Shown here: one piece after another, positions 15,880 through 26,055 of the stretch
Numbering within the stretch: position 1 is the first letter of the stretch
Layout of the letters: every line of letters starts with the position of its first letter
Assembly (NCBI GenBank): GCA_037134915.1
Contig: JBAXLJ010000002.1
Coordinates: forward strand, 935-64,934
From: Candidatus Falkowbacteria bacterium
GTDB lineage: Bacteria; Patescibacteriota; Patescibacteriia; Patescibacteriales; UBA12465
Direction of reading: 5' to 3'
DNA length: 64,000 nt
Program-made: the position numbers and the translations under genes
The notes under the pieces: generated by a model
What the model saw: only the letters and a program-made list of their open reading frames with translations
What the model was told of the DNA's origin: nothing
The model's database searches: none

Positions 15880-17439
15880 ATGATTTTTATTTTAGCCTTC
15901 ATTTTAGCTCTTGGTTTATCCGCCTTGCTAACACCGCTAGCGAGTAAATTAGCCATTCACTGGCAAATCGTGGACCAGCCGGATTTTACACGCAAGATTC
16001 ACTCAAAACCGATACCACTTTTAGGGGGGACGGTTATTTTTATCGTTTTTTTTGCGGTTATTTTTTTGTTTTACCATCAGCTTCTAGTTGGCAATTTAAA
16101 CTTACGCCATTGGTTAGGTTTTTTTGCGGGCGGCTTGATTTTAATTAGTGGTGGTTTACTAGATGACAAATATAATTTTAGTCCGAAGCAGCAAATTATT
16201 TTTCCTCTGCTGGCCATTGCCGCTATTTTGCTCGGTGGCGTGGAAATTCTTAAACTGTCTAATCCTTTCGGTGGTTATTTTAGTTTAGCCTCTTGGGCTT
16301 GGCTTTCACCAATTTTTATTTCAGTCTGGTTACTTGGCATGATGTACACCACTAAGTTGCTCGACGGAGTTGATGGACTAGTGGGGGGCGTCACTGCGAT
16401 TGGGTCTTTAGTAATTTTTTTGTTTACCTTGACTACTAAATATTATCAACCAGATATCGCTTTTGCTTCGCTTATTTTAGCCGGGGCTATTCTAGGTTTT
16501 TTGATTTATAATTTTAATCCCGCTTCGATTTTCTTAGGCGAGGGCGGTTCACTTTTTTTAGGTTTTGCTTTGGGGGTTCTGGCTATTATTTCCGGCGGTA
16601 AAATTGCCATTGCTTTACTTATTATGGGTATCCCGATTCTAGATGTGGTTTGGACAATTCTGCGCCGTTTATTTTCTGGTCATAATCCTTTCAAATCAGC
16701 GGACAAAAAACATTTACATCATCGTCTTCTGGCCCTAGGTTTAAATCAAAAGCAAACCGTTTTAGTTTTTTATGGTCTAGCCGCTTTTTTTGGCGGCGCT
16801 GGTTTATTTTTACAAAGCCAGGGCAAACTTTTAGCTCTTGGGCTAATAGTTTTAGTCATGTTAGCTTTAGTCATTTTATTTTCCTATTTAAAACCACCAA
16901 CTAAAAAGCCCAAACTATTGCTACATGTTTGCTGCGCGCCTTGTAGCGCTTATTTAGTTAAAGAAATTTTAAATCCAGAATTTGCTGTCACTTTATATTT
17001 TTATAACTCTAATCTGGATTCGGAATCGGAGTATGAGGCGCGTCTTAAATGGGTTAAAGAAGTAGCGACTCAAAATAAAATTCCTTTGATTGTCGAGCCT
17101 TATAATCATGAGGCTTGGACTAGTTTGATAAGCGGACGTGAAAGTGATCCGGAGCGAGGCGCTCGTTGCCTAATTTGCTACCGAGATCGTTTAGTTAAAA
17201 CTGCTCAATTAGCTAAAGCCCAGAGCTTCGACTTTTTTTCCACTAGTTTACTGGTATCTCCGTATAAAGATACTGACAGTCTACTTAGAATCTCTAAAGA
17301 ATTAGCTAAGACTTATCAAATTAACTTTTTAGACCGTGATTTTCAAGCGAACGATCTTTATAAAAAATCCCAAGAACTGGCCAAGTCTTCCGGCTTTTAT
17401 CGTCAGAAGTTTTGTGGCTGTGAATTTACTAAAAGATAA
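15880..17439 (+). CDS. Fusion protein: polyprenyl-phosphate HexNAc-1-phosphate transferase (MraY/WecA family) plus epoxyqueuosine reductase QueH (DUF208)
   Basis: N-terminal half: DQPDFTRKIHSKPIPLLGG, LLDGVDGL, NFNPASIFLGEGGS, DKKHLHHRL. C-terminal half: LLLHVCCAPCS, ARCLICYRDRL, SPYKD, YRQKFCGCEF. One uninterrupted ORF. Confidence 0.75.
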   Translation: MIFILAFILALGLSALLTPLASKLAIHWQIVDQPDFTRKIHSKPIPLLGGTVIFIVFFAVIFLFYHQLLVGNLNLRHWLGFFAGGLILISGGLLDDKYNFSPKQQIIFPLLAIAAILLGGVEILKLSNPFGGYFSLASWAWLSPIFISVWLLGMMYTTKLLDGVDGLVGGVTAIGSLVIFLFTLTTKYYQPDIAFASLILAGAILGFLIYNFNPASIFLGEGGSLFLGFALGVLAIISGGKIAIALLIMGIPILDVVWTILRRLFSGHNPFKSADKKHLHHRLLALGLNQKQTVLVFYGLAAFFGGAGLFLQSQGKLLALGLIVLVMLALVILFSYLKPPTKKPKLLLHVCCAPCSAYLVKEILNPEFAVTLYFYNSNLDSESEYEARLKWVKEVATQNKIPLIVEPYNHEAWTSLISGRESDPERGARCLICYRDRLVKTAQLAKAQSFDFFSTSLLVSPYKDTDSLLRISKELAKTYQINFLDRDFQANDLYKKSQELAKSSGFYRQKFCGCEFTKR

Positions 17440-17442
17440 AAC

Positions 17443-18036
17443 ATGAGACATAAAAGTTTAATTTTATTACTGCTAATTGGGTCTTTATTATTTTTAGCCT
17501 CGCCATCTCGGGCCGTTACGCCAGTAGATAGTGACAATGATGGTTTAGGCGATAATTTAGAATTACAATTTCATACCGACCCCCATAACCCCGATACCGA
17601 TGGCGATGGTTTTAAAGATGGAGAAGAAGTTGATTGGGGCTATAACCCTCTAGCTAAATCAACTAGCAAGCTCGCCCAAAAGATTGAGATAAATTTAAAG
17701 AGCCAGCGTTTAGCCTATTTTGTTGGCGGCGTAAAATTAAAAGAATTTGTAGTTTCAACGGGCAAGAAAAGCACCCCCACCCCTAAGGGTGATTTTAAAA
17801 TTAAAGACAAAATTAAAAAAGCTTGGTCTCGGTCTCACGGTTTGTGGATGCCTTACTGGCTGGGCATCGGTGGCGGAGTTGGTATTCACGAACTACCAAT
17901 CTGGCCCAATGGTTATCGCGAAGGCGAAAATCATTTAGGCACGCCAGTCTCTCATGGTTGTATTCGCTTAGGTCTAAAAGACGCGGCTTATGTTTTTGAT
18001 CGCGTCGCACCTGGGGTCAGCGTTAAAATATACTAA
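17443..18036 (+). CDS. L,D-transpeptidase (YkuD domain) with N-terminal thrombospondin-type-3-like repeats
   Basis: Signal peptide, then DSDNDGLGDNLE and DTDGDGFKDGEE. The YkuD catalytic motif SHGCIRL is present. Confidence 0.8.
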   Translation: MRHKSLILLLLIGSLLFLASPSRAVTPVDSDNDGLGDNLELQFHTDPHNPDTDGDGFKDGEEVDWGYNPLAKSTSKLAQKIEINLKSQRLAYFVGGVKLKEFVVSTGKKSTPTPKGDFKIKDKIKKAWSRSHGLWMPYWLGIGGGVGIHELPIWPNGYREGENHLGTPVSHGCIRLGLKDAAYVFDRVAPGVSVKIY

Positions 18037-18098
18037 TTGTTAGCTGGGGTTTTAAGTGATATAATAAAAACATTCTAACCTTTAATTCTTTGACTTTT

Positions 18099-20414
18099 AT
18101 GTCTAAAAAAAGTTATATAATGATATTTCTGTCAATAATAACGCTATTTACCTTGACCGGCTGTACTTTTCCGTGGCAAAAAAAGAAAGTCGCACCGGTA
18201 ACTATAAATTATAATAATGCTAGTTCGACAGTTACTACAACTAGTGATGGTTTAGTGGGTGATATTAAGAAATTTAAAAGTTTGGATGATTTGCAAGCTT
18301 TTTTGATTCAAAATCCTAATCTAAATAATCAATCAAGCGGCCCAGTTTCAACTAAAACAAGTTCACCGGTAAACCCTCAGGTCCCATTAACGGATGTTAA
18401 AATTCCGGATGCTGGCGGTGCCGATATTATGAAGACTGATGGCACTTATGTTTATTTTTTAGATTATAGCGATCTCTATATTTACAAAACCGCTCCGGCT
18501 AGTGATGCTGGGGTGATTACTAAAATAACCTTTAAATCTCGGCCTAAAGAATTTTATGTCAGTGGCGACCGTTTAGTTATTTTTGGCTATGATGATCAAA
18601 TTTATAACAACGCGACTTACCAAAGTTTTAAACGCCAGAGCGCTTTTACTTATGTAAAAGTTTTTGATGTCAGTGATCCAAAGAATCCCAAACAAATTCG
18701 CGATCTTAATTTTGAAGGCAATTATGTAAACTCTCGTTTAGTCGGCGATTACCTTTATTTTATAACCAGCAATTATCAAAATTATTTAGAGAGCGAACCG
18801 CTCTTGCCGCGGATTTTAGATAACGGCCAAGTTTTGTCTGAAAAATGCTCTTTGTCGAGTAAATGCTTAAACGCCGACATTTTTTATTTTAATGTGCCTT
18901 ATCAGTCTTATAGTTTTAACTCAGTTAGCGCTATTAACCTTAAAAATCCTAGTGAACCAATCTCTGATAGTGTTTACCTGTTAACCGATAATCAAAGTTT
19001 ATACGTGTCTCCAAATAATATTTATATTACTTATACAGATTATTTGGATGAAGCTGAGGTGGAGCGGGATGTGACCACTAATTTAATTCAAACGAAGTTA
19101 TCCGCCGCCGATCAAGACCGGGTTACCAAGATTCAGGCAGTTGATAATTTTATTCTGTCAGAGACAGAGAAAAAAGATAAAATATACGCTCTGGTTAAAG
19201 ATTATATTGCCAAACTAAGCAACGAAGAAAAAAAGGTCTTACAGCTTAATGTTGATGCCGCTTTAAAACAAACTCTGGAAACTAAGGCTAAAGAAATCGA
19301 GAAGACCGTGATCCATAAAATTGCTTTTAGTGGTCCTAAATTAGAGTATCTAGCGGGCGGGGTGGTGCCGGGTCGCATTTTAAGCCCCTCATCGATGGAC
19401 GAAAATAATGGTTATTTTAGAATTGCAACTTCAATGAGTCAGTCTTGGTCGAAATTGGTGAGCGCTACTAACACTAATAATGTCTACATTTTAGATGATA
19501 AATTAAAAACCGTGGGCACCTTGGAAAATGTCGCCCCCGGTGAACAAATTTATTCAGCCCGTTTTACCGGTGATCGCGCTTATTTAATTACTTTTAAACC
19601 TAATGAACCCTTGTTTGCGGTTGATTTAAAGGATCCTAAGGCCCCTCAGATTTTAGGCGCTCTTAAGACTCCAGGTTATTTAACTTATTTTGAACCTTAC
19701 GCTGGAAATTTGTGGCTCGGCTTCGGTCGGGACACCGAAACTAGCGCTTCCGGATCAATTAAAAATAAGGGTTTAAAACTCAGTTTGTTTGATTTTACTA
19801 TTCCAGGAGCACCTCTGGAATTAGATAGTTTTATTACAGGCGATGAATATAGTAGTTCGATTGCCTTATCGGATCACAAGGCTCTTTTGGTAGCTAGCGA
19901 TAAGAATTTAGTGGTCTTTCCGGCCACACTTCGAGGCGGTGATTCTGGTTCTCGGGTGGAATTTAGCGGCGCCTTAGCCTTTAGTATCACTGATAATAAA
20001 ATTAAATTACGCGGTCGAATTGATCACAGTGATGGCGGCAATTATACTCATGCCGATTCTTGGGAAGGCTTTAATTATTTTGATAATTCCGTTAAACGTA
20101 GTCTTTATAATGGCGACTCGCTGTTTACTTTGTCTAATAAATTCTTGAGAATTAATGATTTAAGCCAGGCGGCCAGCGACCTCTCACCGCTGAAGATGAT
20201 TGACTTATTACCGAATTTGAATAAAGATTTTGAAGTACCACCAGTAGAAGCGCCTTTACTCACTCCTGAGGCTGGTCTAGGGTTAAATCCAGCCATTGCT
20301 ACCGACTCGGCTTCGGGCACGTCACCAGACTTAGTCGTCCCCGTGCCAACTAGCACTGAAGCGGCTATTAGTTCAGGAACGGATACTAGTTCTTCTTCGA
20401 CACTGTCTAATTAA
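18099..20414 (+). CDS. Secreted lipoprotein with a C-terminal beta-propeller domain (Beta_propel family-like)
   Basis: Lipobox LTGC. YSARFTGDRAYLITFKPNEPLFAVDLKDPKAPQILGALKTPGYLTYFEPY matches my recollection of the family's core motif. I prefer the ATG at 18099 over the TTG at 18090. Confidence 0.6.
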   Translation: MSKKSYIMIFLSIITLFTLTGCTFPWQKKKVAPVTINYNNASSTVTTTSDGLVGDIKKFKSLDDLQAFLIQNPNLNNQSSGPVSTKTSSPVNPQVPLTDVKIPDAGGADIMKTDGTYVYFLDYSDLYIYKTAPASDAGVITKITFKSRPKEFYVSGDRLVIFGYDDQIYNNATYQSFKRQSAFTYVKVFDVSDPKNPKQIRDLNFEGNYVNSRLVGDYLYFITSNYQNYLESEPLLPRILDNGQVLSEKCSLSSKCLNADIFYFNVPYQSYSFNSVSAINLKNPSEPISDSVYLLTDNQSLYVSPNNIYITYTDYLDEAEVERDVTTNLIQTKLSAADQDRVTKIQAVDNFILSETEKKDKIYALVKDYIAKLSNEEKKVLQLNVDAALKQTLETKAKEIEKTVIHKIAFSGPKLEYLAGGVVPGRILSPSSMDENNGYFRIATSMSQSWSKLVSATNTNNVYILDDKLKTVGTLENVAPGEQIYSARFTGDRAYLITFKPNEPLFAVDLKDPKAPQILGALKTPGYLTYFEPYAGNLWLGFGRDTETSASGSIKNKGLKLSLFDFTIPGAPLELDSFITGDEYSSSIALSDHKALLVASDKNLVVFPATLRGGDSGSRVEFSGALAFSITDNKIKLRGRIDHSDGGNYTHADSWEGFNYFDNSVKRSLYNGDSLFTLSNKFLRINDLSQAASDLSPLKMIDLLPNLNKDFEVPPVEAPLLTPEAGLGLNPAIATDSASGTSPDLVVPVPTSTEAAISSGTDTSSSSTLSN

Positions 20415-20422
20415 AATATCTT

Positions 20423-21184
20423 ATGAAACTTTCACGCTTAGCAGTTATTGTCTTTCCTCTAATTATCTGGCTTTTGTCCCAGGCTTATTTTGTTTGGCCG
20501 GAGTTTTTTTATATTTCTTTAGGCTTATCAGCTGCTTTAACCGTTTTCTTTGCCTTCTTTGTTAAAACCCCAGAACGAAACACCCCCTGGCCGGTAACGG
20601 CGATGTTACCTTTAAGTTTTTTAGTGGTAATTAGTGTTTATATTTCTTTGCAAGCTAATGGTTTATTTATTCAACTGCTATTTTTTGCCTTGGTAACTTT
20701 TCTGTTTAACTATTTTAAAAATTTATATTATTTTTGGAGTCGTCCTGATTTATATCAAGAAGAAAATTCCGGAATCATCCGCGCCTATGGCAGTTTCTTG
20801 GTAATATTTTTTGCCGCCGCTGATTTATATGGCCTGCAATCGCTGCTCAGTTTGACCGTTTGGCCGATGTTTTTAATGTTTACCGCTTTCTTGCTCGCCG
20901 TCTCTTATCTTAATCTTAATTTGGAGGGAATTGATAAAAAAACTACCTGGCAGTTTTCGGTCTTAGCTACTTGGTTGCTAGCGGAAATGTCTTGGGTTTT
21001 TGTTTTTTTACCCTTAAATTATAATGTCTCGGCTTTATCGATCGGTATCGTCTATTATGCCTTAATTAATATCTCCCGCTTATACTTACAAAAAGCTTTA
21101 ACGCCTAAAAAAATTAAATTATATCTTATTATAAGTTACGTCGGTTTAGCGATTTTGCTTTTCACCGCTAACTGGCTCAGTTAA
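20423..21184 (+). CDS. Polytopic membrane protein, hypothetical
   Basis: 253 aa and highly hydrophobic throughout. No motif recognised. Confidence 0.5.
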   Translation: MKLSRLAVIVFPLIIWLLSQAYFVWPEFFYISLGLSAALTVFFAFFVKTPERNTPWPVTAMLPLSFLVVISVYISLQANGLFIQLLFFALVTFLFNYFKNLYYFWSRPDLYQEENSGIIRAYGSFLVIFFAAADLYGLQSLLSLTVWPMFLMFTAFLLAVSYLNLNLEGIDKKTTWQFSVLATWLLAEMSWVFVFLPLNYNVSALSIGIVYYALINISRLYLQKALTPKKIKLYLIISYVGLAILLFTANWLS

Positions 21185-21185
21185 T

Positions 21186-22304
21186 ATGAAAAAACCTACA
21201 AATTTATTTATTCTGATTTTAGCCGCTTTATTTTTTGGAGCTTTAGCCGGCGCCTTAGCTTCAGTGGTTACCAGTTCTTACTTAGGTAAAAGTTTAACTG
21301 ATTTAATCGGAGCTAAAGAACTCGACTTAGCCAATTCAGTCTACGATCGCGCCAATTTAGTAATTCGTGATGCTAAAAAGGTGGTGGTTAGTCAGGATGT
21401 TAAAATTGAAGAAACCGCCAATTCATTGCAACCGGTTCTGGTCTCCGCTTTTAAAAATAGTAATAATTATTATGTTTTAGAAAATGCTGATGCCTTTGGT
21501 TTAATTTTGTCTAATGACGGTTGGGTTTTATTTAATGGTTTTAAGGAAACTAATCCTCAGGAGATCGTTAAGAATTACTCGGTTGTTTCAGCTGATAAGA
21601 AAGTTTACCAACTAGACAGCGCCTATACTTTAAAAATAAACGGTGACGGTAATATAATTTTAGCTCATTTAAAAGGCGCCTTAAATTTACCAGTACGGCA
21701 GATGCTTGGTTCTTATAATTTAAAGCCAGGCACTTCGGTGATTCTTTTGTCTTCTGATGGCAAAACACTGCTAAGTTCTCTGGTGTCCAAAAAAAGACCC
21801 GCTATTAGTTTAACCAGTGATCGTCCGGATGTCCGTTTAGAATTAGCTAATCCAATTAGCGATGAATTTAAAAATGCTTTAATTTTTAATCTCGGCGGTG
21901 ATTTTGTCGGTTGGATAGATAGTAATAAAGAAGCTCGGCCTAACTATACTTTTTTGCCGGCTTGGCGCACGTTTATTGCTAAGCAGAAATTATCTTTTCC
22001 ATCTCTAGGGGTTAACTACTTAGACTTATCGGTTATTAAAGCTCCGGCTCTTAAAATTGATAAAGGTGCTTGGTTAAAGAGCCTTGACGCTACTCATCCC
22101 GCTATAATTCCGGGTGGTATAGCTGAAAAAGCTGGCTTACAAGAAGGTGATATTATTACACGAATCAATAATCAAGAACTGGATCAGAACAATGACTTAG
22201 GAGAAACCATCTCCTCTTATCTAAGTGGAGAGACAATTAATATTACTTACGATCGTGCGGGTGTGAGTTTAGAGAAAGAAATTATTTTAGGCGAAGCCAA
22301 ATAA
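21186..22304 (+). CDS. Membrane-anchored PDZ-domain protein (HtrA-like layout without a recognisable Ser-protease triad)
   Basis: N-terminal TM helix. C-terminal PDZ signature GGIAEKAGLQEGDIITRINNQEL. No GNSGGP-type motif seen. Confidence 0.55.
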   Translation: MKKPTNLFILILAALFFGALAGALASVVTSSYLGKSLTDLIGAKELDLANSVYDRANLVIRDAKKVVVSQDVKIEETANSLQPVLVSAFKNSNNYYVLENADAFGLILSNDGWVLFNGFKETNPQEIVKNYSVVSADKKVYQLDSAYTLKINGDGNIILAHLKGALNLPVRQMLGSYNLKPGTSVILLSSDGKTLLSSLVSKKRPAISLTSDRPDVRLELANPISDEFKNALIFNLGGDFVGWIDSNKEARPNYTFLPAWRTFIAKQKLSFPSLGVNYLDLSVIKAPALKIDKGAWLKSLDATHPAIIPGGIAEKAGLQEGDIITRINNQELDQNNDLGETISSYLSGETINITYDRAGVSLEKEIILGEAK

Positions 22305-22316
22305 AATAAAATTTAT

Positions 22317-23480
22317 ATGACGCTAAATTCAATTAAAAAAATTAAAGGTTTAAAAAATAAGAAAGTTTTAGTGCGCGTTGATTTTAATGTGCCGCTGGAA
22401 AATGGCAAAATAAAAGATGATTATCGAATTGTCTCGGCCGTGCCAACTATAAATTATTTAACCGAGGCGGGAGCTAAGGTAATTTTAATGGCTCATTTAG
22501 GTGATCCAGGAGCCAAAGTAGTGCCAGAACTGTCTTTAAAACCGGTCGCTAAAAGATTGGCACAGATTCTTAAAAAGCCGGTGCATTTCGTCTCCGAAAC
22601 TGTCGGTTACCGGGCTGATGAAGAAGTTAAAAAAATGTTGGCTGGGGAGATTCTATTTTTAGAAAATCTACGTTTTAATGACGGGGAATTAAAAGATGAT
22701 TTTAAATTTGCTAAGCGTTTAGCTGGCCACGCCGATGTCTATGTTAATGAAGCTTTTTCTGTGTGTCACCGTAAACAAGCCTCAGTTAGCGCCATTAGAA
22801 AAATCTTGCCAACTTATTATGGTTTACAACTAGTCAGTGAAGTTAAGAATCTGGATCGGGTTTTAAAACCAGTTAAACCTTTAATTGTTATTATGGGTGG
22901 TGCAAAGATTAGTACTAAAGCACCGATTATTTCGCGGATGTATGACAAGGCGGATGAAATTTTGTTAGGCGGTGGTTTGGCGAATAATTTTTTTAAACAC
23001 CAGAAACTGGAAATCGGCAAATCTTTAGCCGATAGTGATAGTGAAGTTTTTATCAAACCATTTTTTAAAGGCCAAAAGCTGGCCGCCAAAATTATTTTAC
23101 CAATTGACGTGGTGGTTTGTGGACGCAACAAATTACCCAAAATAAAAAAATTAGCTGAAGTTTTAAAAACCGATTCAATTTTTGATATCGGTCCCGAGAC
23201 CATCGCTTTATTTTCTAATTACATTAAGACTGCCCAAACTATTATCTGGAATGGCCCCTTAGGTAAATTTGAAGAAAATTCTTATAAACACGGGACACTA
23301 GCGATTGCAACTTCGGTAGCGGCGCGTTCAACCGGTAAAGCCTTTGGTTTAGTTGGTGGCGGGGAAACGGTGGAAGCTTTAAAGCAAACTAAAATGGAAG
23401 CTTACGTTGATTTTGTCTCTACTGCCGGCGGAGCCATGCTCGCCTATTTAGGTGGCGACAAAATGCCAGGTTTAAAATAA
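22317..23480 (+). CDS. pgk: Phosphoglycerate kinase
   Basis: VLVRVDFNVPL near the N terminus and the GGGE..A / STAGGA C-terminal motifs. 387 aa. Confidence 0.95.
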   Translation: MTLNSIKKIKGLKNKKVLVRVDFNVPLENGKIKDDYRIVSAVPTINYLTEAGAKVILMAHLGDPGAKVVPELSLKPVAKRLAQILKKPVHFVSETVGYRADEEVKKMLAGEILFLENLRFNDGELKDDFKFAKRLAGHADVYVNEAFSVCHRKQASVSAIRKILPTYYGLQLVSEVKNLDRVLKPVKPLIVIMGGAKISTKAPIISRMYDKADEILLGGGLANNFFKHQKLEIGKSLADSDSEVFIKPFFKGQKLAAKIILPIDVVVCGRNKLPKIKKLAEVLKTDSIFDIGPETIALFSNYIKTAQTIIWNGPLGKFEENSYKHGTLAIATSVAARSTGKAFGLVGGGETVEALKQTKMEAYVDFVSTAGGAMLAYLGGDKMPGLK

Positions 23481-23484
23481 ATAT

Positions 23485-23769
23485 ATGTTATCTAAAGAAC
23501 AAATAAAACACATCGCGACTTTAGCTCGTTTAGAGTTATCGGAAGCGGAGGAATTAAAATATAGTCAGGAGTTATCTAATATTTTAAACTATATCGACAA
23601 GTTAAGTCAGGTCAATACAGATAAGGTTTTGATTACCTCACAAATTGGCGGCTTAGTTAATTCTTGGCGCGAAGACCGGGTTAAGCCTTGGGACAAAGAT
23701 GAGGTGGCCCTGGCCTTAGCTCAAGGGGAAACAAGTGGTGGGCAGGTAAAAGTTAAAAGAGTGCTTTAA
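23485..23769 (+). CDS. gatC: Asp/Glu-tRNA amidotransferase subunit C
   Basis: 94 aa with IKHIATLARLELSEEE..., directly upstream of gatA. Confidence 0.85.
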   Translation: MLSKEQIKHIATLARLELSEAEELKYSQELSNILNYIDKLSQVNTDKVLITSQIGGLVNSWREDRVKPWDKDEVALALAQGETSGGQVKVKRVL

Positions 23770-23781
23770 AATAAAATTATT

Positions 23782-25236
23782 ATGGAACTTAATCGTTTAA
23801 ATATTCAAGAAGCGCGAGCCAAATTAGATAGCGGGGAAATAAGCGCCCGCGAGTTAACTGAAGCTTGTCTGGAACAAATCGCGGCTACCAGTGAGCGCTT
23901 AAATGCCGTGCTAACTTTGTGTACAGAAACCGCGCGCCAGGAAGCTGACGAGGCGGATAAGCGCCTTAAAAATGGTGAGCGACAGCCGCTGCTCGGTATT
24001 CCTTATTTATGTAAGGATAATATCATGACCAAAGGGATTAGGACGACCGCGGCCTCTAAAATTTTAGAAAATTATATTGCCCCTTACGATGCTACAGTTA
24101 TTCGTAAATTAAAAGCAGCGGGCGCAATTTTACTGGGTAAAACCAATTTAGATGAATTTGCTCACGGAGCTTCAACTGAGAATTCCGCTTATGGGCCGAC
24201 TAAGAATCCTTGGGATTTAAGCCGTGTTCCCGGCGGGTCATCGGGCGGCAGTGCGGCAGGCGTGGCCGCTGATTTATGTATTTTTGCCATCGGTTCTGAT
24301 ACTGGTGGTTCTATCCGCTATCCAGCGGCTTTTTGTGGTGTGGTCGGTTATAAATCAGCCTATGGCGCCGTTTCTCGTTCTGGTTTGTTATCTATGACCT
24401 CATCTACCGATGTTATTGGTCCAATTACTAAAACCGTCGCCGATGCGGCGCTAGTTTATAATGAAATTTCCGGACTCGATGAACTCGACGCCACTACTTA
24501 TCCCGGCCCGCGTTTAGTGGAATTTAAATCAGAGATTAAGGGTTTAAAAATTGGCTTGCCTAAAGAATATTTTGTTGATGGTTTGGATCCGGAAATCAAA
24601 GCCTCGATTGAGCGGGTAAAAGATGAGTTAACAGCTGCCGGCGCCACTTTTGGTGAAGTTAGTTTGCCTTATACAGAATATGGTATCCCGGTTTACTACA
24701 TTATTACGCCTTCAGAAGTTAGTTCCAATTTAGCCAGATTCGATGGTGTTGCTTGGGGTTTTAAAGCTGAGGAAGCCGGTGGCCTGCAAGAATTTTATAA
24801 AAAGAGTCGGGGTCAAGGTTTTGGGCCAGAAGCTAAACGACGCATTATGTTGGGCACTTTTGCTTTGTCCGCTGGTTATTTTGAGGCTTACTATAAAAAG
24901 GCTCAGGCAGTTCGAACTTTAATTTGTCAGGATTTTTCTAAAGCTTTTTCTGAATTTGATTTACTGCTAACTCCGACCTCGCCCCATCCCGCTTTTAAAA
25001 TTGGCGAAATTAGTAATGACCCACTGGCTATGTATTTAGAAGATATTTATGTTACCGGTGCCAGTCTGGCGGGGCTACCGGCTATTTCCATTCCTTCGGG
25101 ACTAGTAAATCGAGATGGAAAATCTTTACCAATTGCCGGGCAATTAATTGCTCCTCGCGGTTTTGAAAATAAATTATTTTCAGCGGCTAGCGTTTGGGAG
25201 AATAAAATTAAGATTGATAAAAATAATTTTATATAA
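23782..25236 (+). CDS. gatA: Asp/Glu-tRNA amidotransferase subunit A
   Basis: Amidase signature GGSSGGSAAGVAA...GSDTGGSIR. 484 aa. Confidence 0.95.
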   Translation: MELNRLNIQEARAKLDSGEISARELTEACLEQIAATSERLNAVLTLCTETARQEADEADKRLKNGERQPLLGIPYLCKDNIMTKGIRTTAASKILENYIAPYDATVIRKLKAAGAILLGKTNLDEFAHGASTENSAYGPTKNPWDLSRVPGGSSGGSAAGVAADLCIFAIGSDTGGSIRYPAAFCGVVGYKSAYGAVSRSGLLSMTSSTDVIGPITKTVADAALVYNEISGLDELDATTYPGPRLVEFKSEIKGLKIGLPKEYFVDGLDPEIKASIERVKDELTAAGATFGEVSLPYTEYGIPVYYIITPSEVSSNLARFDGVAWGFKAEEAGGLQEFYKKSRGQGFGPEAKRRIMLGTFALSAGYFEAYYKKAQAVRTLICQDFSKAFSEFDLLLTPTSPHPAFKIGEISNDPLAMYLEDIYVTGASLAGLPAISIPSGLVNRDGKSLPIAGQLIAPRGFENKLFSAASVWENKIKIDKNNFI

Positions 25237-25244
25237 TAAAAAAT

Positions 25245-25949
25245 ATGAAAAAGTCATCATACATTTGGGGCGGGGCGATTTTTCTGCTAATCGTAATTGC
25301 CGGGTTATTTATTATTAAAGCTAGCTGGCAAAAAAATCCGGATAAGGCTAATACAGATTTGGGTAATGCGGTTAAAGCCGAAAGTTTTGCGCCCACCAAT
25401 TCGCCGACTATTTCGGCTGATGAAAAGATTATCGGTTCCATTTCAGCTCCGATAAAAGTTTTGGTTTACGAGGACTATTCCAATTCTTTTTCTGCGGATG
25501 CGGCAGATTCGATTAAAAAATTAGAAACCGATTTTGGCGATAAATTAGTAATCGCTTTTAGACCCTATGCCACACGAGAGAAGCCGGCCTCAATTGAAGC
25601 AGCTATGGCCGTGGAATGTGCGGCTGACCAAGAGAAGTGGTCTCAGATGCGCGAAGCTATTTTAAAGGATGTTAAAAATAGCAGCTTAAACAGCGATCAA
25701 ATTAAGGCGGACGCTACGGCCATTGGTCTTGATCAAGCCATTTTTGGCAAGTGCTTGACCGATGTCGAAAAACAAGGAATAATGTTACAGGTAGCCACGG
25801 ATGCGAAGCAGTTTTCCGTCTACGGGGCGCCGACTATCTTTGTTAATAACGAATTAGTGGTTGGTGCTAGACCCTATGAAGATTATTTAGATGAGTTCGG
25901 AGCTAAAGTTGAAGGTCTAAAAAGTTTAGTTACTAGACAAATAAAATAA
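25245..25949 (+). CDS. DsbA/thioredoxin-like fold protein lacking the CxxC active site
   Basis: N-terminal TM anchor. The APIKVLVYEDYSNSFSA segment aligns to the usual ..EF.DFQCPFCA region, with the CPFC positions reading NSFS. Confidence 0.55.
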   Translation: MKKSSYIWGGAIFLLIVIAGLFIIKASWQKNPDKANTDLGNAVKAESFAPTNSPTISADEKIIGSISAPIKVLVYEDYSNSFSADAADSIKKLETDFGDKLVIAFRPYATREKPASIEAAMAVECAADQEKWSQMREAILKDVKNSSLNSDQIKADATAIGLDQAIFGKCLTDVEKQGIMLQVATDAKQFSVYGAPTIFVNNELVVGARPYEDYLDEFGAKVEGLKSLVTRQIK

Positions 25950-25970
25950 GATGAGGCCTCGGCCTCTATT

Positions 25971-26055
25971 GGAGAGCTCGCATAGTGGTCGAGTGCGCAC
26001 GCTTGGAAAGCGTGTATACCGCAAGGTATCAAGGGTTCGAATCCCTTGCTCTCCG
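25971..26055 (+). tRNA. tRNA-Ser (anticodon GGA)
   Basis: Hand-folded cloverleaf: acceptor ggagagc/gctctcc, D stem gcat/gtgc, anticodon stem cacgc/gcgtg, loop ttGGAaa, 16-nt variable arm (atacc/ggtat), T arm aaggg-ttcgaat-ccctt, discriminator G. CCA is not encoded. Confidence 0.9.
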
